From: an uncultured Gemmatimonadales bacterium | GTDB lineage: Bacteria > Gemmatimonadota > Gemmatimonadetes > Longimicrobiales > RSA9 | Assembly (NCBI GenBank): GCA_963798085.1 | Contig: CAWCRS010000003.1 | Coordinates: 416,001 to 480,000, forward strand | Direction of reading: 5' to 3' | DNA: 64,000 nucleotides | In this document: one piece after another, positions 31,606 through 41,303 of the stretch | How positions within the stretch are numbered: the stretch's first letter is position 1 | Layout of the letters: each line of letters starts with the position of its first letter | Position numbers and translations under genes: made by a program | Notes under the pieces: generated by a model | Databases searched by the model: none | Told to the model about the DNA's origin: nothing | Seen by the model: only the letters and a program-made list of their open reading frames with translations

Positions 31606-31913
31606 CAATGGCCTCCCGTGAATTCCGGCCGTTGTGCCCGGCCCTGTTGTGAAACTCGGACGACCGGGTGCGGCCGACAAGGGCTCGTGCACTCACGGTG
31701 AGCCGCAGGGATCGTTGCGCGAGGGCACCGGATCTCTGCAGGAGGCGCTCGCTTGCCGGCCCAACCCGGCAGGTTCCCGCACAACAGATCTTCCCGCAGC
31801 GATGTTCCCCGGTCCCACGACAATGCCGCCGGTGCCCGACGCATTGTAGGTTGAAGCGTCGCACGCGCGCTCGACTGGCCGGGCGCAGCAACAGGCAGGC
31901 AAGGAGGCGTTGC

Positions 31914-32417
31914 ATGGCTCCCCGTGGCGCATCGCAAAACCCGAAATGGACGCCGGCGCCCGACAGCCTCGTGCGCAGCTTCGCCACGCTCATCGGCAGC
32001 GTGCCCGAAGCGGAAACACGGAAGATGTTCGGCTACCCTGCGGCCTTCCATGGCGGCCACATGTTCGCGGGCCTGTTCCAGGACACGATGATCCTCCGCC
32101 TCGCGCCCACCGAGCGCGCCGCCTTCCTCGAGCAGAAAGGTGCGCGCCTGTTCGAGCCCATGCCCGGCCGTCCCATGAAGGAGTACGTCGTGGTGCCACC
32201 CGCGCTCCTGAAATCGCCGGCAGAGCTGCGCACCTGGCTCGCCCGCTCGGCAGCATACGCCGCATTGATGCCGGCAAAGGAACCGAAGGTGACGAAATCG
32301 GAGAAAGGGACGAAGTCGGAGAAAGAAACAAGGTCGAAGCAGAAGCCCGTGGAGAAGCCCGGAGGCAGCTCCGCAGCGGCCAGCTTGAAGCCGAAGCAGT
32401 CCCGTCGCCGCAAGTGA
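31914..32417 (+). CDS. TfoX/Sxy N-terminal domain protein
   Basis: RKMFGYPA, GHMFAGL and FEPMPGRPMKEY motifs; Lys-rich tail; RBS AAGGAGG. Confidence 0.85.
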   Translation: MAPRGASQNPKWTPAPDSLVRSFATLIGSVPEAETRKMFGYPAAFHGGHMFAGLFQDTMILRLAPTERAAFLEQKGARLFEPMPGRPMKEYVVVPPALLKSPAELRTWLARSAAYAALMPAKEPKVTKSEKGTKSEKETRSKQKPVEKPGGSSAAASLKPKQSRRRK

Positions 32418-32614
32418 GGGCTTGCAGGCGCTCCACTGACGTGCAGTGTGAGACTCTTCGCGCTATCCTGCTCTCTCTGCAGCCTCCCGCCTGACAGCAT
32501 ATTAACACCCGCAGTCGAGGAGGTTTGACCCGCAGCCTTGCGCTCGTCTCGGGATTGCAGATGGCCGCCTCGCGTCTGCGTGGCTTCGTGAAGCGTTGCT
32601 GGAGCGCCAGGGCG

Positions 32615-32758
32615 TCGGACCGTCCTGGCATTCTTGGGTTGTGCGCCGTTGGCATATGGTGGCGACGCTGCGGGCTATCGAGTGACCGGTTTGCATTTCG
32701 GGCCGGGTCGCGTTGATAACACAAGCGGACGGAAGGAAAGAATGCCAGGACGGTCCGA
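32615..32758. repeat. Perfect 21-bp inverted repeat around a 102-bp core
   Basis: TCGGACCGTCCTGGCATTCTT (32615-32635) pairs with AAGAATGCCAGGACGGTCCGA (32738-32758). Confidence 0.9.
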
Positions 32759-32824
32759 TACGCTGAGGATCAGCCCCTCTCCGACTCGCCGGCGCATCGC
32801 TCCACGCGTCCCACAGCGGCTCGA

Positions 32825-34078
32825 TTAGCGCGCCAGGATCCCCTGCAGCACATCCAGCCGCCCATCGATCCCGGCCGCCGGCTGCAATCCCAGCAGTGCG
32901 GCAATGAACGGATAGATGTGGATGTTCTCGAACGGCTGCAGCCGCACACCCCGCCTCACGCCCGGACCCATCGCGAGGAAGATGCCGTACATGTCGCGGG
33001 TGGGCGCCCAGCCGTGTGTCGCGGGATTCTGCTCACCCGGGCTGTCCCGCCGCCGCATCAGCCAGCCCTCATCCGCTACCACCAGCACGTCGCCAATGCG
33101 CGGATTCTCCCTGACGTGCCATGCCTCGGGAATCTCGGATCGCAGATACACATGGAGGTGCGGCGCGCGCGACAGTCCCGCCTTCACGGAGCGCATGCGC
33201 GCCGAATCCCCCGCCGCGAAGTGCAGGTACGTCAGTGTCCCCGCGTCGACGACGTGCACACCCGCCAGGTTCACGTAGTCGTCGAGCACAATGCGTTCCT
33301 TCTGCACGGTCGCGATGCCGTGATCGGACACGATGACGACGTTCACGCGATCGCCGTACGGCAGCGTTGCCACGCCATCGAGCAGTCGCCCCAGCGACCG
33401 GTCCGCTTCGCGGATCGCCTCGTTGACTGGCGCCGTGTCGGCGAGGTAGCGATGCGAGCTGTCGTCGACAATGGGGAAATACAACGTGATCAGGTGCGGC
33501 CGCTGTTCCGCCGGCATGGCCAGCCACGCGAGCACGCGATCCACACGCGCATCATTCGGCAGGCGATGCTCGTAGCGCGTCCAGTACGTCGGCTGGATGC
33601 CTTCCACCGGCGCTTCCGTGCCCACGAAGAACATTGCGGCCGTCACCATGCCCTGCTTCTCCGCCGTCACCCAGATCGGCTCGCCGCCGTACCAGCGCCC
33701 GTCTTCCACAGTCGAGCGATCGCGCAAACTGTACACCGCATCGAACGCCGGATCGAAGAACTCGTTGCCCACGAGCCCATGGTGCCCCGCGTACATCCCC
33801 GTGGCAATGCTGTAGTGATTGGGATAGGTCTTGGTAGGAAATACCGGAATCAACGCCTCGGCTCGCGCCCCCGCGTCCGCCACCCGCTGAAAACTGGGCG
33901 TGATGCCCCGGTTCAGATAGTCCCAGCGAAACGCGTCGAACGAAATGAGGATGACATAATCCTTATCGACCTGCCCCCTACCGTTCCGCCCCCCTGACCC
34001 ACCCTGCGCCTGCACCCCCGCAGCCAGCCCCAGCCCGAGCACGACCCCCAGCAGACAACCCCACAACCGTCGCTCCAC
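32825..34078 (-). CDS. Nucleotide pyrophosphatase/phosphodiesterase (alkaline phosphatase superfamily)
   Basis: ISFDAFR, FPTKTYPNHYSIATG, GEPIW, VSDHG and ENIHIY motifs. Confidence 0.92.
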   Translation of the reverse strand: MERRLWGCLLGVVLGLGLAAGVQAQGGSGGRNGRGQVDKDYVILISFDAFRWDYLNRGITPSFQRVADAGARAEALIPVFPTKTYPNHYSIATGMYAGHHGLVGNEFFDPAFDAVYSLRDRSTVEDGRWYGGEPIWVTAEKQGMVTAAMFFVGTEAPVEGIQPTYWTRYEHRLPNDARVDRVLAWLAMPAEQRPHLITLYFPIVDDSSHRYLADTAPVNEAIREADRSLGRLLDGVATLPYGDRVNVVIVSDHGIATVQKERIVLDDYVNLAGVHVVDAGTLTYLHFAAGDSARMRSVKAGLSRAPHLHVYLRSEIPEAWHVRENPRIGDVLVVADEGWLMRRRDSPGEQNPATHGWAPTRDMYGIFLAMGPGVRRGVRLQPFENIHIYPFIAALLGLQPAAGIDGRLDVLQGILAR

Positions 34079-34168
34079 GTGCCGCTCCCCCTCGATCCGT
34101 TGATCCATGCGTCAACGTATCACCCGCAATCACCTCTTCTCCCTCCGCGCTCTCTCGCGGTGAGGAGT

Positions 34169-35824
34169 TCAGTCGAGGTTGACCTGCTTGATGTCGAGGA
34201 TCTCGGGCGCCATGCGCAGCCGGGCCAGCACGTCATCGCCCAGCCAGCCGTCGATGCTGATGGCGGCCAGTGCTTCGCCGCCCTGGATCAGTCGCGACTG
34301 GTGGTACTCGGCAATGTTGGCGCCCGCGGCGCCCAGCAGTGTGCCCACGCGACCGATCACGCCCGGCACATCCAGGTTGCGCATGACCAGCAGTGCACCG
34401 CGCGGCCGCACGTCCACGTGGTACTGTCCAATGCGCACGATGCGCGGATGCGTCGCGTCCAGCAGCGCGCCTGCCGCCAGCGCGAAGCCGGATGCGGTCG
34501 ACGCTTCCACCTCGATGTACTCACCGTAGTCCGGATGTCGCGTGAGCTGTGTCGACCCGACGTGTGTGCCGCGCGACTGCGCGAGGTGGATGGCATTCAC
34601 GAAGTTGATCGCGTGACGGCCCACCACCCGCTCCAGCACGCCGATCAGCGTCGCGGAAGTCAGCGGCCGCAGTGCCACGTCGGAGCTGCCCGCGTAGCGC
34701 ACGTCCACCCGCCGCACGGGCCCGTCCGCCACCGCCTGGATCAGCCGCCCCAGCCGCTCCGCCAGGTCCAGCAGGGGGCGCAGCCGCTGCATGGCCTCGC
34801 CACCAATGGCGGGCGCATTGACCGCGCGGGACAGATCGCTCTCCAGCAGCGCGGCGCGCACCGCATCGGCGATCTCGATGGCCACGTTCTCCTGTGCCTC
34901 GATGGTGGCGGCACCCAGGTGCGGGGTTAACACCACGTTGGAAAGTGCCCGCAGCGGATGGTCGCGCGGCGCCGGCTCCTGCTCGTACACGTCGAGCGCC
35001 GCGCCCGCAATGCGACCCTCGGTGAGCGCGCGCACCAGCGCCAGCTCGTCGATGATACCGCCTCGCGCCGCGTTCACGATGAACGCGCCCGGCTTCATGC
35101 GCTGGAACTGCGCGTCACCGATCATGCCCCGCGATTCATCGGTGAGCGGCACGTGCAGTGTGATCACATCGCCCCTCTCCAGCACCTGGTCGAGCGTGGC
35201 CAGCTCGATGTCCAGCGCCTCGGCGCGCTCCGCCGTCAGGAACGGATCGAAGGCGACGACGCGCATGCCGAACGCCTTCGCCCGCTGCGCCACCGCCGTG
35301 CCGATGCGGCCCGCGCCCACCAGCCCCAGCGTCTTGCCGTACAGCTCAATGCCGCCGAAGCTCTTGCGGTCCCAGTGCCCCTCCTTCATCGAGCGGTCTG
35401 CCGCTGACACCCGCCGCACCAGCGCCAGCAGCAGCGCGAACGCCAGCTCTGCCGCTGACACTGTGTTACCCGACGGCGCATTGAGCACGGCAATGCCGCG
35501 CTCGGTCGCTGCCTCCACATCGATGTTGTCGACGCCCACACCGGCCCGCCCAATGACGCGCAGCCGCGTGGCGTACTTGAGCGCATCGCGCGTGATACGA
35601 GTCGCGCTGCGCACGATCACCGCATCCGCGTCACCCACCGCGCGCGCCAGCTCTTCGCCCTTCACGCCCAGCCGCTCCACCACCTCGAATTGCGGATCGT
35701 CCACCAGCGGCGCCAGCCCCGATGCCGAAATCGGATCCACGATCACCACCCGGAACCGCCTGCCATCCACGGCGGGTTCCCCGCTCGCGGTCTCCACTAA
35801 CACTTCGCTCTGCTGCCTGCTCAT
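34169..35824 (-). CDS. serA: D-3-phosphoglycerate dehydrogenase (type I, ASB+ACT)
   Basis: RAGVGVDNID, GAGRIG, NAARGG and TPHLGAAT motifs; C-terminal ACT DVPGVIG. Confidence 0.95.
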   Translation of the reverse strand: MSRQQSEVLVETASGEPAVDGRRFRVVIVDPISASGLAPLVDDPQFEVVERLGVKGEELARAVGDADAVIVRSATRITRDALKYATRLRVIGRAGVGVDNIDVEAATERGIAVLNAPSGNTVSAAELAFALLLALVRRVSAADRSMKEGHWDRKSFGGIELYGKTLGLVGAGRIGTAVAQRAKAFGMRVVAFDPFLTAERAEALDIELATLDQVLERGDVITLHVPLTDESRGMIGDAQFQRMKPGAFIVNAARGGIIDELALVRALTEGRIAGAALDVYEQEPAPRDHPLRALSNVVLTPHLGAATIEAQENVAIEIADAVRAALLESDLSRAVNAPAIGGEAMQRLRPLLDLAERLGRLIQAVADGPVRRVDVRYAGSSDVALRPLTSATLIGVLERVVGRHAINFVNAIHLAQSRGTHVGSTQLTRHPDYGEYIEVEASTASGFALAAGALLDATHPRIVRIGQYHVDVRPRGALLVMRNLDVPGVIGRVGTLLGAAGANIAEYHQSRLIQGGEALAAISIDGWLGDDVLARLRMAPEILDIKQVNLD

Positions 35825-35918
35825 CTGCGCTCTCCGCGCCTCCTCGCCGCCGCGTGATCCCTCGTGACGCCCGCGCGCAACACGAATCCCCGCGCACCGC
35901 GCTTGATGCCGCCGACGC

Positions 35919-37017
35919 TCATGGCCGGAACAGGCCTGTCAGCGCGTCCAGCAGCGCGTCCACCTCTGCCACCGTGTGATCACCCATGTGACCAATGCGG
36001 AACGTGCTTTCCTTGAGTTTGCCGTATCCGGTCGCAATGGCGAATCCCTGCTGGCGCGCGCCCGCGACCACCTGTGCGCCCGTCATGCCGTCGGGCACAC
36101 GTACCGCGGTGACGGTCGGGGAGCGATGGCCCTCCGCCGCCACGACCCCGACCTGCACGCCACGCTCGTTCATGGCCTGCACCCACGCGTACACCCGATC
36201 CGCCATGGCCTGGTGCCTCGCCCACCTCGCCTCGATACCTTCGCTTTCAATGTGCTGCATCTGCACCGCCAGCGCGTACAGCAGCGACACTGCGGGCGTG
36301 TTGGGCGTCTGGTTGCCCTGGATGTTCTTCTCGTACTCGAGGATGTCGAAGTACACGCCGCGATCGGCCTTGCTCTTCGCCCGCTCCAGCACACTGTCCT
36401 GGGCCACGCCGAACGCCAGCCCCGGCGGCAGCGCCAGACACTTCTGCGAACCCGTCAGCGCGAAGTCGATACGCCAGCGGTCCGTGCGCAGCTCGGCGCC
36501 CGAGAGACCCGACACGCTGTCCACCAGCAGCGCCACATCACCGTTCTGATGCGCGACTTCCGCCAGCTCGCGGATGTTGTTCAATGCGCCCGTCGAATGT
36601 CTCCGAGTGTGCCACCGTCACCGCGTCGTCAATGCCGCGCCGCAGGGCATCGTCCAGCATTTCGGCCGCGTGCACCTCGCCCCACGGCACTTCCAGCGCG
36701 TCCGCCCGCAGGCCGTTGGCCAGCGCAATGCGATAGAAGCGCTCGCTGAACGCGCCATTCACCAGCGACAGCACGTGGCGGCGCGCGCCATTGCGCACGG
36801 CCGCCTCCATGAGTCCTGTCCCCGACGAAGGCACGATGTAGACCGGTCGCGAGGTCTGGAAGACAGTCTTGAGGCGCGGCTCGATGAAGCCCATCAGCTC
36901 TTCCATCTCGGGCACGCGATGACCGATCATCGGCCGGGTCATCGCCTGCAGCACTTCGGGCCGCACTTCGGTGGGACCCGGCAGGAAGAAATGGCCGTAC
37001 TTGAGAGGCTCAGACAC
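35919..37017 (-). CDS. Class V PLP aminotransferase (alanine/serine-glyoxylate type), frameshift near 36590
   Basis: FLPGPTEV, IGHR, SSGTGLMEAA, HSET, VDSVS, GSQKCLALPPG, TPNTP and FRIGHMG motifs. Confidence 0.9.
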
Positions 37018-37753
37018 GTTGCGATTCCGGTTCGGGTTGCGTTCGTCGCCGCTCGCCCGCGGCCAGCAGCGACACTCCCTTCTCATAAACAGCCTGATAG
37101 TCCGCTGACCGCGGCTGCGCTCCGCCCAGCGCCAGCGGCAGCACGGGCGAAAGTGACGCGTCGCGAATCACGTGATCCGCTGCCGCGACGACTGCGGGTC
37201 GCTCGACAACACCGCAGTAGGCAACCAGCGCATCCACGACGGGCCTCGCCTCCGCGTCCGTCGCGCCATCACCGACCAGCATGATGGGCGCCGGTAATTC
37301 CCGCCGCCATGACTCGAGCAGCTCGCGCTTGCCTCCCCGCCTCGCCAATGGCGAGTGCTCATCGTAACCCGCGTAACTGCCATCCGGCGCGAAGAAGACA
37401 TCGACCGCGCCAACGTCGACTGCATCCAGTCCCAGCTCCAGCGCGAGGAACTGCACGGCCGGCAGCAGTCCGCCGCTCACCACGCACACACGCATGCCTT
37501 CACTGCGCAGCGCGGCAATCACCGCGCGCGCATCCGGCACCAGTGCTTCCACGTAGGCAGCAGCCAGCTGCCGGAGCGCTTCCCGCCCCGGTCGCACCAG
37601 CGCGAGCCGCCGGCCGTACACCGCTTCCAGCGGCACATCGCCGTCCATCGCGGCCCGCGTCAGGCGTTCTACTTCCGGGTTGGAACGCGCCAGGTATTCA
37701 ATGCCTTCGATCGTGCTCAACGTGGAATCGCAGTCGAAAACGACGGTGCCCAT
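37010..37753 (-). CDS. serB: HAD-IB phosphoserine phosphatase
   Basis: FDCDSTLSTIEGI, LTRAAMDG, VSGG and VGDGATD motifs; upstream of serA in an operon. Confidence 0.8.
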   Translation of the reverse strand: MGTVVFDCDSTLSTIEGIEYLARSNPEVERLTRAAMDGDVPLEAVYGRRLALVRPGREALRQLAAAYVEALVPDARAVIAALRSEGMRVCVVSGGLLPAVQFLALELGLDAVDVGAVDVFFAPDGSYAGYDEHSPLARRGGKRELLESWRRELPAPIMLVGDGATDAEARPVVDALVAYCGVVERPAVVAAADHVIRDASLSPVLPLALGGAQPRSADYQAVYEKGVSLLAAGERRRTQPEPESQRV

Positions 37754-37972
37754 CCGCCGTGGCGGATGGACTTCATCGCGCGCGGCCACTTCAGGACGCG
37801 CGCCCGCGGAGTGCTCCGCCGGCAACGTGGGTCAAGGCTGGATATTTCGACACGGGGTCGTCAAAATGGACGCACAGGCCGGCGCCGGCAAGCCGGCGGC
37901 GCGCCACGACTCGCCCGCTGTGCCGCCGGCCGGCGGCACATGCACGGCCTTCCCCTCGCCGGATCGTTCGCG

Positions 37973-40225
37973 ATGAGCCCTCGGCCCTTCGCCAGCTCTC
38001 CCCGCCTGCGCCCGCTCTTCTGCGCCATGATGTGCAGCGCTGCGGCCGCGGCTGCGGCCGCGCAGCAACCCGCAATGTTTCGCGCTCATCCGGATTTCGC
38101 CGCCTTGCGTGATTCACTGAACATGGTAAGCGACACGGTTGCTCTGCGTCACCGTGCACTGGCCCGCTCTTCCGATGCCGCCACCCTCGTGGAGCAGGGC
38201 TTCGCGGGCCTGCGCCTGTTCGCACTCACGCACCGGTCGGATGACGCGAAGCGCGCGCGTGCTGCGTTCGATGATGCGACCCGCTCGGATCCGGCGAATG
38301 CCTGGGCGTGGTACGGACTGGGCCTCAGCTGGGCCGATGGTCCCGAGCGTCACGCTGCCACGCCCGCGCTCGTCACACGTCGCGCGCTGGCCGAAGCGTT
38401 CGGCTTCGACCCGGCGTCCAGAGCCGTGCACGCGCTGCACCACGCGCTCGAGCTGGATCCCGCGCTCACCGGCGCAGCGCAGACACTCGTGCCACTCGCC
38501 CTCGAGAAGCGCAGCCAGAGCGCGCTCGCAGCCGCTGCCGGTTCCCTTGCCAGGGCCGAAGAGGAAGGTCGCTTCGAAACTGCGGCGCTGGTCGCACTGG
38601 CCCGCGCCGAGGATGCGCTGGGTGATCACCAGAGCGCTGTGGAAGCGGCAAGGCGCGCGGCCACCAACGCATCGGCAGCCAATGCCGCCGACACACGCTA
38701 CACGCTGTCTACCGTGCTGTTCGGCAATGCCCTGGATGACGAGGGCGCGCGTGCCTGGTTCGACGCCATCGATGGACTTTCACCCGCGCTGGCCGCGCGC
38801 TACGCCACCGACCTCGAGCCGCTGTTCGAGGACTGGGAACACGAGCGCTGGCAGGCCGGCGACCTCGACGCGCACCGCGCCTTCCTGCGCAACTTCTGGA
38901 CGGAGCGCGCCGCGCTGGGCGGCGTGTCCGTGCCCGCGCGCCTGGGTGACCACTACCGCCGTCTGGCCGGCGCCCGCGCCCGCTTTCCGCGCAACCGCAA
39001 ATGGGGTGCGCCGCCCTCTAACGCGCTGTTACTCAAGCGCCCGGACCTGCCCTTCGATGACCGCGGCCTGATCTACGTTCGCCATGGCGAGCCCTGGGAC
39101 ATCATCCGCACACCAAAGCTGGGCGCGCCGCCCACCGAATCATGGGTGTATCGCACGCCCGAAGGCGGGTTCAGTGTGCTGCACTTCGATAACTACGCGT
39201 CAGCGGAGCGCAGTCCCTTCGCCGCCGGTGACCCGCAGGCCAGCGACGCCGACGGCGAGATGGGCGATGCCTACAACGAGTACATGCTCATGTACAACCT
39301 GCCCTGCGATCCGGCATGGGCCGGCGACCGCATGCGGTACGACCGCCGCCTCGCCCTGATGCGCTGCAACGAATTCGATCGCCGCTCCATCAGCGCCGAG
39401 GTGCGCCGCGATGCTCGTCTGGCCCTGCGCACCGACAGCGACCGCCCGCTCTTCTCGCGTGAGCTGCCCTTCGCGTACGACCTGTACACGTTCCGCGGCC
39501 AGCAGGGTCTCACGGATGTCACCGCAGCGCTGCTGCTGCGCGGCGGGTCCATCGCGCCGGAACCCGGACGCGACAGCGTCGCCTGGAGCCTGGACGTCTC
39601 CTTCATCCTCGCCGATACCGTGCGCGACAGGGTGAGCCGCCGCGACACCACGCTCACCACGCGCACCGCATCCACGCTGACGGACGCGGAGTGGCTGCGC
39701 GCTCACATCACCATGCCCGTGACACCCGCTGATGCCGTGGCCGAGCGGCTCGTCGTACGCGAGAGCGCCGATCCCGGACACGGCCAGATCTACGGGCGCG
39801 CGCTCGACGTGCCCGACTACTCGCGCAAGGAGCTGCAGCTCAGTGACATCGTGCTGGCCGCACCGGATTCCGGCGGCAGCTTCACGCGTGATGGCGTGGC
39901 GCTCAGCCTCGTGCCCACCCGCGAGTTCCCCGGCGGCGCGTTCCGCATCTTCTACGAGGTCTACAACCTCACACCCGACGCCGCGTACCAGACCGACGTG
40001 CGCATCGAGCGGCCGCGCGGCGGCCTGCGCAAACTCCTCGGCGGCGGCACCGTGCTCACACTCCGCTTCCAGGGCAGTGCGTCGCTGCGCGACTCATTGC
40101 TTCCCGAGCTTCGTCGCGTTGATACTTCCCTCGATCCTGGCGACTACCGGATCCGCGTGCGCGTGACCGATTCGGCCACCGGCCAGAGCGCCGAGCAGCA
40201 GCGCGCGTTCACTGTGGTGCGGTGA
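37973..40225 (+). CDS. Secreted TPR + GWxTD-like domain protein
   Basis: Signal peptide, TPR-like helices, FW...HYRRL, DDRGLIYVRHGEP...ESWVY and Ig-like C-terminus (IFYEVYNL, PGDYRIRVRVTD). Confidence 0.7.
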   Translation: MSPRPFASSPRLRPLFCAMMCSAAAAAAAAQQPAMFRAHPDFAALRDSLNMVSDTVALRHRALARSSDAATLVEQGFAGLRLFALTHRSDDAKRARAAFDDATRSDPANAWAWYGLGLSWADGPERHAATPALVTRRALAEAFGFDPASRAVHALHHALELDPALTGAAQTLVPLALEKRSQSALAAAAGSLARAEEEGRFETAALVALARAEDALGDHQSAVEAARRAATNASAANAADTRYTLSTVLFGNALDDEGARAWFDAIDGLSPALAARYATDLEPLFEDWEHERWQAGDLDAHRAFLRNFWTERAALGGVSVPARLGDHYRRLAGARARFPRNRKWGAPPSNALLLKRPDLPFDDRGLIYVRHGEPWDIIRTPKLGAPPTESWVYRTPEGGFSVLHFDNYASAERSPFAAGDPQASDADGEMGDAYNEYMLMYNLPCDPAWAGDRMRYDRRLALMRCNEFDRRSISAEVRRDARLALRTDSDRPLFSRELPFAYDLYTFRGQQGLTDVTAALLLRGGSIAPEPGRDSVAWSLDVSFILADTVRDRVSRRDTTLTTRTASTLTDAEWLRAHITMPVTPADAVAERLVVRESADPGHGQIYGRALDVPDYSRKELQLSDIVLAAPDSGGSFTRDGVALSLVPTREFPGGAFRIFYEVYNLTPDAAYQTDVRIERPRGGLRKLLGGGTVLTLRFQGSASLRDSLLPELRRVDTSLDPGDYRIRVRVTDSATGQSAEQQRAFTVVR

Positions 40226-40261
40226 GGCAATGACCGGCGTGCGCCGGCGGGGGGCGGAAGC

Positions 40262-40489
40262 ATGTTGGACGACACCGAGATCTACACACTCGCACGTTTC
40301 AGCAACCGCCACGACGCGGAGAACGCGCAGCGGCACCTGACCGAATCAGGCGTCGACAGCGAGATCGTCCCCGAAGAGCAATCCGACCTCCCCGCCGACC
40401 TCGCCTGGGCCCTGCCCGCCCTCCTCCGCTGCCGCTCCAGCGACCGCATCCAGGCCATCCTCGTACTGGAACGCGCACGCGTGCTCTGA
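40262..40489 (+). CDS. DUF2007 / putative signal-transducing small protein
   Basis: ARFSNRHDAENAQRHLTESGVD pattern. Confidence 0.6.
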   Translation: MLDDTEIYTLARFSNRHDAENAQRHLTESGVDSEIVPEEQSDLPADLAWALPALLRCRSSDRIQAILVLERARVL

Positions 40490-40497
40490 GCTGTGGC

Positions 40498-40803
40498 TCA
40501 GAAGCGGCTTTCGTTCCGCAGCAGCCGCACAACCCACGCGTAACGCGTACCCGCCTCCAGCGCCACGGAATTCTCCGGCGCTCCGTACCCCGCCAGCTCC
40601 GTGTGCACGACGTACGCGCCCGCACGCAGGTCCCTTAACTCGAAATTGCCGCCGGCATCCGTCATCGCCTGGGCCACGACCCTCCCGGTGGAGTCGCTGC
40701 GCAGAAATACCTGCACACGCACTCTCGCCAGTGGCCGGCCATCGCGGTTGGGGCAGAAGGCTGCCGACTGCCGGGGGCGCGTCGGGGGCGCCCGTCGGTA
40801 CAA
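40498..40803 (-). CDS. Carboxypeptidase-regulatory-like (transthyretin-fold) domain protein; start uncertain
   Basis: DGRPLARVRV...TDAGGNFELRDLRAGAY...GY pattern. Confidence 0.6.
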   Translation of the reverse strand: MYRRAPPTRPRQSAAFCPNRDGRPLARVRVQVFLRSDSTGRVVAQAMTDAGGNFELRDLRAGAYVVHTELAGYGAPENSVALEAGTRYAWVVRLLRNESRF

Positions 40804-40923
40804 CTATAAATATGCGAGAATGGCCGGTCCCATCCAGCACGCCTCACCGCAACCGCGCCGCAGGCGGATCCCGACCCGCCCGCACTCTTGCGGCCGGCCC
40901 TGCTCCCTCCCTATCTGCATGTC

Positions 40924-41190
40924 ATGGATGATCAGGATACCGTCGAGATCGCGCGCTTCACGCATCGCTATGAAGCCGAAATGGCGCAGGGCTACCTGCA
41001 CGATGCCGGCATTGAATGTCTGGTGATGACCGATGACGCCGGCGGTGCCGACCTCGGCCTCACCCTTACCCGCCCCGCCCGCGTCCTCGTCCTCGCCAGC
41101 GACGAGGCCGAGGCCCGCCAGGTCCTCGAAGACGCCGGCGTCCTTGACTCGGGAGGCAACAGCGAGGGAGACGTGGAGGACGCGGAGTGA
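40924..41190 (+). CDS. DUF2007 / putative signal-transducing small protein
   Basis: ARFTHRYEAEMAQGYLHDAGIEC...RVLVLASDEAEARQVL pattern. Confidence 0.75.
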   Translation: MDDQDTVEIARFTHRYEAEMAQGYLHDAGIECLVMTDDAGGADLGLTLTRPARVLVLASDEAEARQVLEDAGVLDSGGNSEGDVEDAE

Positions 41191-41303
41191 TTCGCGGGCT
41201 CGCCCTAATACCTCTTTCACCGCGGAGGACGCGGCGGACGGATTTCTAACGGATTATTATCACACGCAACCGCAACCTCCCTCACTCGATCTCCGGCGTG
41301 TCA

